This document shows, piece after piece, positions 10,053-19,613 of a DNA stretch of 64,000 nucleotides. Each line of letters starts with the position of its first letter. Position 1 is the stretch's first letter. Origin of the DNA: an uncultured Alphaproteobacteria bacterium (GTDB taxonomy: Bacteria > Pseudomonadota > Alphaproteobacteria > ATCC43930 > CGMCC-115725). A program made the position numbers and the translations under genes. Under the pieces are notes generated by a model. The model had not been told where the DNA came from. It did no database searches and saw nothing but the letters and a program-made list of their open reading frames with translations. The stretch is taken from the NCBI GenBank assembly GCA_963721625.1, contig CAVRKF010000012.1, positions 104,283-168,282 on the forward strand, in the 5' to 3' direction.

Positions 10053-13000
10053 CGACGATTCTCCGAGGACGATGGATTCCGGCTGCCCGCGGCCGTGGCG
10101 ATGGATGCGCCGTCCGGCATGTCGGCGCTCGCGTGCGCGGCGCTCTGGCCACCGTCGCCGATCAGGGTGAAGGCGGCCCAGAAGAACGGATGCGCCGTCT
10201 GGGGATGGGCAATGAGGGCAAGCTGCGACTGGCGCAGCGCTTCGGCGATGCCGCCGGAAAGGTTCGGCCCCAGCCGCTGGAACAGCCCCGTCATCAGCTG
10301 CACCGTTTGCGCCGACGGCACTTCCCAATGGCTGGCAAGCACCGCGCGCGCGCCGGCATGGAAGAACGCGCCGGCCAGGCCCGACAGCGATGCGCCGCCG
10401 AACTCGCCGCCGCCCGTCGCGGTGTTGCAGGCCGAGAGCACGACCAGGTCGGCGTTGAGGTGCAGCTGGGCGACCTCGCTCGCATCGAGCACGCCATCGG
10501 CGGCGCGTGTGGTCGCGGGCTCGAGCGGCGGCGTCAGCACCAGCGCCGGTTCGGACTGACAGCGCAGCGCCGTCGGCAACAGGCCATGGGTCGCGAAATA
10601 GAGCACGCGGTATTGCGCCAGAGGCATCGCGCGGAAATGCGGCTCGGTCGCCTGTGCGCCGAGCAGGATGGAGCCGCTGTCGGCGTTGAGAATGGCGGCG
10701 ACGCGTCGCACCTCGTCGACCGTGTCGGGAAGCGGCGGCAGCGCGCGCAAGAGTTGCGGCGGCACCGGTCCCGAGTCGCGGCACGCGTTGTCGAGCCGAT
10801 CAAGACCGGACGTGGCGCCGGCGCGTGCCGACCCGCCGAAGTCGGGATCGCCGACCGCCAGCAGCGGCCGCGAGGCCGCCGCCGTGGCACCGGCCTCGCG
10901 CAATGTGGCGAAGCCGCGCGCCGACGGCACCTCGCTGATCGCGGTACGCCGCAGCAGCCACTGCACGCTGGAATAGTCATGCGCCGCGCCCGCCTTGGGC
11001 CGTTCCGTCACCAGCAACCCCAGCGGCAAACTCGCCAGCGCCCCGGTCGGAACCACGATGAGGTGATCGACGCCCGTGAGCCCGCTTTCGATCGCGCCGA
11101 AGAGCGAGCGGTAAAGACTATAGGCCGCCTCGGTATCGAAAACGCCGATCGCCCGTTGGCGCACGACGAAAGCCTTGCGCACCTGGCTGATATCGTCGGC
11201 CAGCGTTTCGCGGTCGGTGTCCATCGGCCGCGCGATCAGGCGATCCTTGCGCACCAGGAGTTCGAAGCTGCGCTCGCGGCCGGCTTCAAACAGGACCAGA
11301 GCCTCGTCGGCCCGCAGCCCCTTCTGCAACTCGGCGAGCGGAACCGGACCGGGATTGGCGAATTTCGCGTAGGCCGGGAATTCGCTGGTGATGCGCTTTT
11401 CCAGCGCGTCGGCCTTGGCGGTCGCGGCATTGATTTGGGCCATGAGCACGTTCTCGTGCTCGCTGCCGCGCCGGTCGTTGGGGAGCGAGACCTCATGGGC
11501 GAGCGCGAGCCGTGCCGCGTCCCGCTGCTGTCGCGTCGCCTCCAGCTCGTCGACGAGGCTGGCGATCGCCGGCGCGGCGGAGGCGAGCCGCGCCGCAACG
11601 CGGTTCACGGTATCGTCGACGAGGCTCTTGCCGATGAGCTGGGCCGCCTCGAACACCTCGCCATCGAGCTGCGCGCGCTGGCTCGGGTCGGCCTGCGCGA
11701 CCGCGTTCGCGGCGACGATGAACGGCGCGATCTGATCGACGATGACCGCCGAGCGCGCGACCTCGTCGTTCCTCAGGATCGCGAGCGCGAGGCGGAACGC
11801 ACGCACTGCCGCGTCGTAGCGCTTCTCCTCGGTGAAGATGCGACCGATGACGAGATCGGTGACGGCCGTGGGAGCCGTGTTGCCGAACAAGCGCTCGTCG
11901 AGGACGAGGGCGGCGCGGAAGCTTGCATCGACGGCGTCCTCGCGGCCCTGCGCGGAGCGGATCTCGGCGACCGTCGTCAGGACTTCGGGGCGCCACCACG
12001 GCGGCAGGCCGGGATCCTGGGCCACGATCCCCTCGGCCTCGGAGATCGCCGCGTCGGCGGCGGCGAGGTTGCCGGTGCGCAGCGCCATCTCCGCCTCGAG
12101 ATCGAGGGCGAAGGCGAGTTCGCCGAGCGTCGCCGTACGCGCCGCCCCCGTGACAATTTCGGCGGCCACGCCCTCGCCCTGATTGGCAAGATTGCGCCAG
12201 GCCGCGGCGGCATTGTCGGCGAATTCGAGCGCTTCGTCGAAACGGCCGCGATTCGCCGCATCGAAGGCGAGGTAGAGCTGAAGCCGGGCGCGATCGGAGG
12301 CGCTGCCGGCAGTGGTGATGATGGGTTCGGCGCGGCGGAATAGTGCCGCGGCCTCGTCGAAGCGTTCCTGATTGCTGATTTGAAGCCCGAGCTCCGCGAG
12401 CAGCAGCCCGACGCTGGCCGACCGGTCGCCGAAGACCTTGGTGAGAATGGCCAGCGCCCGGCGGTAGTCGTCCTCGGCGGCGCCAAAGTTCTTGTGGCTC
12501 GACTCGACGCGCGCCGTCTCGGTCAGCGTGGTATAGCTGTCGTAATCCCCGCCCGACGGACGCAGCCAGCGCTCGCCGCCGAGCCGCACCATCCGCGCGC
12601 GTGTCGCCGCGACCGGGCCGAACGGCGCGAGGGCGTCGGTGCCGGTGCGGCCCAGCAAGCGCGCTATCGCCTGCTCATACGCCGGCAAGCCCGAGGCCAG
12701 GCCTTCGGCACGAAACAACAGCGGCCCCGCTACGACCACCGCGAGCACCTGCGGCCATTCATTGTCGCTGAAGACGCAAGGCTGCAACATGAGGTCGATG
12801 CCGCCGGGCGTCTTGGCCCACTGCCCGGCCCTGCAGGTGAGGCGCGTGGCATCGCCGCGGCCGGCGGGCGTGTCGGCTGCCAGGCGCTCAAGCGCCTGAT
12901 GCCGCGCCGTTGCATTATCCGGCAGGCCGGACGGCACGGGCGTCGCCACGACCGAGCCGGTCGGCCGCTTCGCCGTGCCGCAGAAGATATTCGCCGGCAA

Positions 13001-13183
13001 TGGCGCGTCGCGTTCGCGCGGGAGATCGGTTCTTATCTCCCAACGGCATTTGTCGCCGTTGAAATCCGTGCCGATGACCGCGGTATTGGCGGCTGCTGAC
13101 CCGGTCTGCGCGGCCGCGCCTCCCGTTGCAGCCAGGATGACGCCGAGCGCGGCCGCTGCCGCCGGAATGCGCCATGCCCTCAT
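10049..13183 (-). CDS. secreted TPR-repeat / CHAT domain (caspase-fold peptidase family) protein
   Basis: Intact 1044-aa ORF. The signal peptide is MRAWRIPAAAAALGVILAATGGAAAQ, and the central region is a TPR-like helical repeat. The C-terminal CHAT core carries a His/Cys dyad in the motifs VLYFATHG (His codon 10586..10588) and LVVLSACNTATG (Cys codon 10427..10429). Confidence 0.88.
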   Translation of the reverse strand: MRAWRIPAAAAALGVILAATGGAAAQTGSAAANTAVIGTDFNGDKCRWEIRTDLPRERDAPLPANIFCGTAKRPTGSVVATPVPSGLPDNATARHQALERLAADTPAGRGDATRLTCRAGQWAKTPGGIDLMLQPCVFSDNEWPQVLAVVVAGPLLFRAEGLASGLPAYEQAIARLLGRTGTDALAPFGPVAATRARMVRLGGERWLRPSGGDYDSYTTLTETARVESSHKNFGAAEDDYRRALAILTKVFGDRSASVGLLLAELGLQISNQERFDEAAALFRRAEPIITTAGSASDRARLQLYLAFDAANRGRFDEALEFADNAAAAWRNLANQGEGVAAEIVTGAARTATLGELAFALDLEAEMALRTGNLAAADAAISEAEGIVAQDPGLPPWWRPEVLTTVAEIRSAQGREDAVDASFRAALVLDERLFGNTAPTAVTDLVIGRIFTEEKRYDAAVRAFRLALAILRNDEVARSAVIVDQIAPFIVAANAVAQADPSQRAQLDGEVFEAAQLIGKSLVDDTVNRVAARLASAAPAIASLVDELEATRQQRDAARLALAHEVSLPNDRRGSEHENVLMAQINAATAKADALEKRITSEFPAYAKFANPGPVPLAELQKGLRADEALVLFEAGRERSFELLVRKDRLIARPMDTDRETLADDISQVRKAFVVRQRAIGVFDTEAAYSLYRSLFGAIESGLTGVDHLIVVPTGALASLPLGLLVTERPKAGAAHDYSSVQWLLRRTAISEVPSARGFATLREAGATAAASRPLLAVGDPDFGGSARAGATSGLDRLDNACRDSGPVPPQLLRALPPLPDTVDEVRRVAAILNADSGSILLGAQATEPHFRAMPLAQYRVLYFATHGLLPTALRCQSEPALVLTPPLEPATTRAADGVLDASEVAQLHLNADLVVLSACNTATGGGEFGGASLSGLAGAFFHAGARAVLASHWEVPSAQTVQLMTGLFQRLGPNLSGGIAEALRQSQLALIAHPQTAHPFFWAAFTLIGDGGQSAAHASADMPDGASIATAAGSRNPSSSENRR

Positions 13184-13277
13184 GCGTGCATCTCCGCCCC
13201 TTGCCGCGCGTGCGCTGCCCTTCGCGGCGCCGCGCGCAGATTACCACGACCCGCGGCCATGGTCGCAACTCTGCCTG

Positions 13278-15068
13278 TCAATAGGTTACCGCCACGTTGA
13301 AGAGGATCCGCGAGTCGGTCTTTCCGGAGCTGGTCGAGCCGCCATTATTTGGCACGCCCTTCAACTGCTGCGCGAATTCTATACCACCGGTCACCCTTTG
13401 CAGCAAAGACACGCGCACGCCGAAGCCGACCGAGGCCAGCGATTGCCGATTGGGGATGGTCAGCGCGATCACCGGCCCGTCATTATTGTTCCAGGTCCGG
13501 GCGACGTCGAGAAAACTATAGAATTGCGCCGTGTCGATCGATTGATACGGATGGCGCAGGGTATAGCGCAGCTCGCTGGCAAGACCGACGCCGCTGTCGG
13601 CGGCCAGCGCCGCCGGATCGTAACCCCGCCCGATCCCCGATCCGCCGAAGCTCGTCTGCTCGCCGATGAGCAACTTGTCGAAGCCGTATTGCGCGAGCGC
13701 GTGGAAGTTGGCACTGATCGGGCCGACAATCGGCTGGTCGTGCTGCAGCACGACGGTCACCTTGTTGAAATCGGTCGGCTTGCCCGGCCCCCCGGTGCAC
13801 GGCGATGTGCTTTCGGCGCCGAAGAAGGGCAGGCCCTGCATCAGATCGACGGTGACGCCGGTCGTCGAGGCGCCGATGAGACCGCTATTCTGCACCGTCA
13901 CCGCGCCATCGACGGTACGCCAGTGATCGTCGCTGAAGTCGCAGGCGGCAGCGCCGCCGAGGTCAAGGCGGATCTTGGCGGCTTGGATCGTGAGGCCGCC
14001 GTCGACCGTAACCCGCAGCGGCCGGGTCACGATGAGAGGGTAGGCGAGGCGCGAGCCGAGCGCATAGCTGTCGCTGAGGAGGACGCTGCCGCCGGCAATG
14101 CCCGAAGGCGCGCCGTGGGCGTCGACGCCGGACAGGCTCCAAATCGCGCCCTCGTCGCCGACCGGCTTGGTGTAGTGCGCCTGGAAGAGATTGCGCTCCT
14201 GGAAGTGCGGCGTCGCCGAAGCATCGAAGGTGAACTGGCCACCGACCCAGGGCAGCGAATTCACCGCCGCCTGCGCACCCAGCGTCACCACGCCGGTCGA
14301 AGCCGCGCCGCGGTTGTCGGCATAGGCGGTTACCTGCCACGGAACCTGATCGAGCGTGACCTGCATATCCGAGGCGCCGGGTTCGGTCGGCGACGGCCGC
14401 AGCAGCCCCGAGGCGCGCGTGCCCGGCAGGTCGTTCGCCAGCAGGAGCCCGCGCTCCAAACTGTCAAGCGACGCCGGACGTTCTTTCGTCACGCCGCCGA
14501 CATAGGCATCGACCTTCGCGCGGGTGCGGGCGTCGCTGCCGGTGACCGAGACCGCTTTGACGTAGCCCTCGACGACGTCGATCGTGAATACGCCGCTGCT
14601 CACCGTCTGCGGCGGCACATAGGCGCGCGTCAACACGTAACCCTTCGCGCGGTACATCGCCTCGATCTTGTCGGCGACCGCGGTGATGTCGGACAGCTTG
14701 GCCATCTTGCCGACCAGCGGCGCGATCAGCGGACGAAACGCCGCGGCCGGAAACGCGGTGGCGCCGACGACCTTGATGTCGGTGACCGCGAACTGGATCT
14801 GATCGACGGCGCGCGGAACCGGTCCGCTGCGCGGCGAGGGAATGCTGAATTCGAACGGCGCCGGCGGCGGCGGCGGCGACGGGGCCGGTATATTGCGTCC
14901 CGGCTCGGGCTGGCCCGGGAACGGCGTCGGCGACGTCTGCGCCGTGGCAGCGGCGACGCCGCCGACGGCGGCGAGCGCGAGAGCCGCGCATCCGGCCAAG
15001 CGGCGCGGCCGCCGCGGTGCCGCAACGTGACGACCGGCACCTACGGCGCCCATCAATTGTCTCCGCAC
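13278..15068 (-). CDS. ShlB/FhaC/HecB-family outer-membrane transporter (POTRA + 16-strand-type beta-barrel)
   Basis: Intact 596-aa ORF. It has a signal-like N-terminus and a Pro-rich linker (PSPPPPPAPFEF). The POTRA region reads IKVVGATAFPAAAFRPLIAPLVGK...IEAMYRAKGYVLTRAYVPPQ...FTIDVVEGYV, and the barrel ends ...ILFNVAVTY (terminal aromatic residue). Confidence 0.85.
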   Translation of the reverse strand: MRRQLMGAVGAGRHVAAPRRPRRLAGCAALALAAVGGVAAATAQTSPTPFPGQPEPGRNIPAPSPPPPPAPFEFSIPSPRSGPVPRAVDQIQFAVTDIKVVGATAFPAAAFRPLIAPLVGKMAKLSDITAVADKIEAMYRAKGYVLTRAYVPPQTVSSGVFTIDVVEGYVKAVSVTGSDARTRAKVDAYVGGVTKERPASLDSLERGLLLANDLPGTRASGLLRPSPTEPGASDMQVTLDQVPWQVTAYADNRGAASTGVVTLGAQAAVNSLPWVGGQFTFDASATPHFQERNLFQAHYTKPVGDEGAIWSLSGVDAHGAPSGIAGGSVLLSDSYALGSRLAYPLIVTRPLRVTVDGGLTIQAAKIRLDLGGAAACDFSDDHWRTVDGAVTVQNSGLIGASTTGVTVDLMQGLPFFGAESTSPCTGGPGKPTDFNKVTVVLQHDQPIVGPISANFHALAQYGFDKLLIGEQTSFGGSGIGRGYDPAALAADSGVGLASELRYTLRHPYQSIDTAQFYSFLDVARTWNNNDGPVIALTIPNRQSLASVGFGVRVSLLQRVTGGIEFAQQLKGVPNNGGSTSSGKTDSRILFNVAVTY

Positions 15069-15281
15069 TGGGTCTGAACCAACCCGCCCCCCGAGGCAAC
15101 GTACCCAACCGCGCGCCGGCGATTATTCGTGCGGCCGTAAAGCGCAACCGCAGCAAATGAACCATAGCCGAACGCAAGGCGCGAGAAAAGCGCTGCGGCG
15201 GTGTCCGCTCATCCGCGGTTGCATCTTCGCGCACGGCCGTTTAGCTTTGCGCCTCGGCATGGCGCTTTGGTGCGGGGGGCA

Positions 15282-16646
15282 ATGAAGCGAATCCTGGTGC
15301 GCGGCATGGCCGGCGTGGCGATGTGCTGGCTCGTGATCGCGCCGCCGCCGCCAGCCGCCGCGCAGGCTGCGGCGCCGGCGCGACCGACCGACTCGGTTCA
15401 TCTCGGTGTCGCATCCTGCGCCGGCAGCACCTGTCACGGCGCTGTCGAGCGGCTCAAAGGCTCGTCGGTCGCGCAGAACGAATACATCATCTGGTCGCGC
15501 AAGGACAAACACGCCAAGGCCTATGCCGTGCTCGGCGAGCCGCGCTCGCAGCGCATCGCCCGCAATCTCGGTCTCGGCGACGCGCGCACCGCCCCGATCT
15601 GCCTCGATTGCCACGCCGACAACGTACCGCCCGACATGCGCGGCCCGCAGTTCCAGATTTCGGACGGAGTCGGATGCGAGGCCTGTCACGGCGGCGCCAA
15701 GAGCTGGCTCGGCGTGCACATCTCGGGGGCAACCCACCGCGAGGACGTCGCCGCGGGCATGTATCCGACCGACGACCCGAAAGCGCGGGCAGAGAAATGC
15801 CTGTCCTGCCATTTCGGCGACGACCAGCGCTTCATGACGCATCGTATCATGGGCGCCGGACATCCCCGGCTCAGCTTCGAGCTCGACACCTTCACCGCCG
15901 CCGAACCCGCGCATTTCGTCGTCGACAAGGTCTATATCCAGCGCAAAGGCCCGGTGAACGACGTCCGGGTCTGGGCGGTGGGACAGGCGGTCAGCCTGGT
16001 GAAGCATATGGATGCGCTGCTCGATCCCAAGCGCGCGCCCAAGGGGCTGTTCCCGGATCTCGTGCTGTTCGACTGCACGGCCTGCCACCATTCGATGAAT
16101 AACTTGCGCTGGCAGCCCGATCCCGCAACCGGGCTGCCGCCCGGCACGCCGACGCTTGAGGATGCGAACGCGGTCATGCTGCGCATCATCGCTGCCCGTG
16201 TCGCCCCGGCCGCAGCCGAGACCATCGCCGACCACATGCTCGCGCTGCATCGCGCCACCACGGCGAACTGGGCCGCCGTGCGTGCGCGAGGCGCGCGCGG
16301 TGCGCGATGCGGCAAACCAGCTCATCCCGGTGCTCGAGAGCCACGACTTCACCCGCCAGGACACGCGCGCGCTGGGCGACGCTCTTATCGCCGCCGGGCT
16401 CGAGCACCACGCCGGTAGCTATCCCGATGCCGAGCAGGCGACGATGGCGCTCTCATCGATCGTCAGCGAGATGAAGCTCTCCGGTTCCGTCAACGATCAG
16501 CGCAGGCCAAGGCGATGTACGGGTCGCTCAACGGCCTCTATGACGCGCTCGCGAACAACGACAGCTACCGGCCGGAAGCGTTCGTGACGGCGCTGCAGCA
16601 ATTCCGCAAGGTGATGGACCAGGCTCAGCCGAAGAGCGGGCCGTAA
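15282..16646 (+). pseudogene. periplasmic multiheme cytochrome c (one CX4CH plus four CXXCH motifs), two frame breaks
   Basis: ORF 15201..16418 from the ATG at 15282 gives MKRILVRGMAGVAMCWLVIAPPPPAAAQ (signal) and the motifs CAGSTCH, CLDCH, CEACH, CLSCH, CTACH. Sense continues in the frame of ORF 16156..16587 (REARAVRDAANQLIPVLESHDF...) from about 16280. It then returns to the original frame from about 16500 (AQAKAMYGSLNGLYDAL...KVMDQAQPKSGP, stop at 16644..16646). Confidence 0.75.
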
Positions 16647-17443
16647 AGCCAGACCACCCACCCGGCGGCGGCAAGAAACGGACCGAACGGCACGCGGTCG
16701 AGACGCGACATCGCGCGCCCGCGGCGCAGCCCGCCGATGAGCGCCACGACCAGGGCCAGCGCCGCCGCCACCAGGACCACGCTCGGCAGGCCGCTGCCGC
16801 CGACCCAGGCGCCGAGCCCGGCGAGCAGCTTGGCATCGCCGGCGCCCAATCCATCGCGTCCGCGCCAGCGCCGATAGGCCCAGGCGACGGCGGCAAAGAC
16901 GAGATAGCCGCCGACCGCACCGGCGACATCGTCGATAAGCGCCGCCGGTGCGGCAAACCAGGCAACCGCCAATCCTGCCGGCACCAGCGGCAGCGTCAGC
17001 ACGTCGGGCAAAATGAAATGGCGCCAATCGATGAGGGCGAGCGCGAGCAGGGTCCATCCGAAGACGCAGCTCGCCCACACCAGCCAGCCCGATTCGGTGG
17101 CGAAAGCCCAGAGCGCGATGGCCAGCGCTGCGAGTTCGACCACCGGGTAATAGACGCCGATCGATTCGCCGCAATAGCGGCAGCGGCCGCCTTGCATCAT
17201 CCAGCTCGCCAGCGGCACGAGATCGCGCACACCGAGCACATGGCGGCAATGCGGGCAATGCGAGCGCCCGCCGAGGCTTTCGCCCGCGGGGAGGCGCAGC
17301 GCCAGGGTGGCGACGAAACTGCCGATCACCACGCCGACGCATGCGAGAAGGACGAGCGTGAAGCCGTCAAACGCCGTTATCACTGTTCCGTAACCAATCG
17401 CGGCGAGAATGCCAAACGTGGCGAAGCGGCGGCCGGCGCGCAA
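16625..17443 (-). CDS. A24-family prepilin peptidase (GspO/PilD type)
   Basis: Intact 272-aa ORF. It has the Zn-finger-like CPHCRHVL...CRYCGESI, multiple TM segments and the catalytic-region motif GAGDAKLLAGLGAWVG. Confidence 0.9.
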   Translation of the reverse strand: MRAGRRFATFGILAAIGYGTVITAFDGFTLVLLACVGVVIGSFVATLALRLPAGESLGGRSHCPHCRHVLGVRDLVPLASWMMQGGRCRYCGESIGVYYPVVELAALAIALWAFATESGWLVWASCVFGWTLLALALIDWRHFILPDVLTLPLVPAGLAVAWFAAPAALIDDVAGAVGGYLVFAAVAWAYRRWRGRDGLGAGDAKLLAGLGAWVGGSGLPSVVLVAAALALVVALIGGLRRGRAMSRLDRVPFGPFLAAAGWVVWLYGPLFG

Positions 17444-17617
17444 GTTTTTGTCGTTGCGGTGGTCCCGTCCCTGCCCATAAGATGATTATACCCTCACCGC
17501 CCCGGGCCGTACCCGGTGGTGCCCAAGCGCGGCGGCGATTATTCGGTTTTCGATCAGTTTCCGCGGGCAGCCCGCATCGGGCCGCAATGCCACGCGAAAT
17601 TCCAATGGAGGCGCATC

Positions 17618-18447
17618 ATGGCCACCATGTCTACCGCAAAGACGGCAAGTTCCGGTGCGCCTTCGCTCGCCGGCAAGGCGGCGATCGTCACCGGGTCGAC
17701 CAGCGGCATCGGCCTCGGCATCGCCCAGGCGCTGGCGCAGGCGGGAGCCGACATCATGCTCAACGGCTTCGGCGATGCCGGCGAGATCGAACGCATTCGC
17801 GCCGAACTCGCCGCCGAGCACAAGGTCGAAGGCCGTCTATGACGGCGCCGACATGAGCAAGCCCGACGCGATCGCGGCGATGGTCGCAAACGCAACGAAG
17901 GCGTTCGGCAAGGTCGACATCGTCGTCAACAACGCCGGCATCCAGTTCGTGGCACCGATCGACGAATTCCCGGTGGCGCAGCTGGGACGCGATCATCGCC
18001 ATCAACCTGTCCTCGGCGTTCCATACCACCCGCGCCGTGCTGGCCGGCATGAAGCAGCGCAAATGGGGACGCATCATCAACATCGCCTCCGCCCACGGCC
18101 TCATCGCCTCGCCGTTCAAATCCGCCTATGTCGCCGCCAAGCACGGCATGGTCGGCCTGACCAAGGTGACCGCGCTCGAGGTCGCCGAACTCGGCATCAC
18201 CTGCAATGCCATCTGCCCCGGCTATGTCTGGACGCCGCTCGTGGAAGGCCAGCTCGACGGCCAGGCCAAGGCGCACAACATGACGCGCGAGCAGGTCATC
18301 CACGACGTGCTTCTGGCGCAGCAGCCGAACAAGCGCTTCGCCACGGTCGAGGAGATGGGCGCGCTCGCGGCATTCCTGTGCAGCGACGGCGCCGCCTCCA
18401 TCACCGGCGCCGCGCTGCCGGTCGATGGCGGCTGGACCGCGCACTAA
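17618..18447 (+). pseudogene. bdhA: 3-hydroxybutyrate dehydrogenase (SDR), two frame breaks
   Basis: The ATG at 17618 gives MATMST...GKAAIVTGSTSGIGLGIAQALAQAGADIMLNGFG (ORF 17516..17842). Next comes AVYDGADMSKPDAIAAMV...VVNNAGIQFVAPIDEFP (frame of ORF 17655..18818). The last part reads AIIAINLSSAFHTTRAVLAGMKQRKWGRIINIASAHGL...YVAAKHG...PVDGGWTAH (ORF 18037..18447 frame). Junctions are near 17830 and 17985. Confidence 0.85.
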
Positions 18448-18477
18448 TAATTCGAGAACCGATCGAGGGAGCCGAGC

Positions 18478-19573
18478 ATGGACGACATGCACGAGCACGA
18501 GCCGGCGCCCAAGAGGGCGCCGGGCGCGAAGGCGTCGCGTCAGGCGGCGAGCCCTTCCCCGGTCAAGGTCGTGAATCTTGCGCTTCAGGGCGGCGGCGCG
18601 CACGGCGCCTTCACCTGGGGCGTGCTCGACCGCCTGCTCGAGGAGCCCGGCATCGGCTTCGAGGGGATCAGCGCCACCAGCGCCGGCGCGATGAATGCGG
18701 CGGTACTCGCCTATGGATTGACGATCGGCGGCCGCGAAGGCGCGCGCAAGGCGCTCACCGCCTATTGGCGGCGCATCAGCCACGCCGCCATGATCGAGTC
18801 CGTTGCAGCCGAGCCTGATGGATCGGCTGATCCACGATCATTCTCTGCGCTGGTCGCCGGCGTTCCAGTTCTTCGACATCATGACGCGGCTGATGTCGCC
18901 TTACGAATTCAATCCGATGAACCTGAACCCGCTGCGCGATGTGCTCGACCAATCGGTCGATTTCGAGGTGCTGAAGCGCCCCGACTGCCCGGTCAAGCTG
19001 TTCCTGTCCGCGACCAACGTCCGCACCGGCAAGGTCAAGATCTTCGAGCATCACGAGTTGAGCGCGTCGGCGGTGCTCGCCTCGGCCTGCCTGCCCTTCA
19101 TGTTCCAGGCGGTGGAGATCGACGGCGAGGCCTATTGGGACGGCGGCTATATGGGCAATCCGGCGCTCTATCCGCTGATCTATTCGTGCAAGAGCCCCGA
19201 TGTCGTCATCGTCCACATCAATCCGCTGAACCGCACCGAGGTGCCGCGCACCGCCGCCGAGATTCTCAACCGCATCAACGAGATCAGCTTCAACTCGTCG
19301 CTCATGCGCGAGATGCGGGCGATCAGCTTCGTTACCCGCCTCATCGCCGATCATCACATCGATGACGCGGAGCTGAAGCACGTGCTGATCCACGGCATCT
19401 CCGACGATCAGCTCATGACCGGGCTCGGCGTCGCGAGCAAACTCAATGCCGACTGGGAATTCATCACGCATCTGCGCGACGTCGGGCGCGCCCGCGCCGA
19501 CACGTGGCTGACCGAGAACCTCGCCAAGGTGGGCGTCGAATCGACGGTGGACATCCACACCAAATTCCTCTGA
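18478..19573 (+). pseudogene. patatin-like phospholipase family protein, one frame break
   Basis: ORF 18478..19365 gives LALQGGGAHGAFTWGVLDRL...GISATSAGAMNAA (oxyanion GGG and the GxSxG nucleophile). ORF 18803..19573 continues with ...EAYWDGGYMGNPALYPLI (catalytic Asp-Gly region). The junction is near 18795. Confidence 0.8.
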
Positions 19574-19613
19574 GTGCGCCCGGGTCGCTCCCGGGCACGA
19601 CGCGCTTGCGGCC

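Noticed and set aside
14855-14890. GGC/GGCGGC tandem repeat, considered as a possible microsatellite or contingency locus.
   Set aside because: On the coding (minus) strand it simply encodes the poly-Pro linker PSPPPPPAPFEF of the ShlB-like protein. The length is in frame and the gene is intact.
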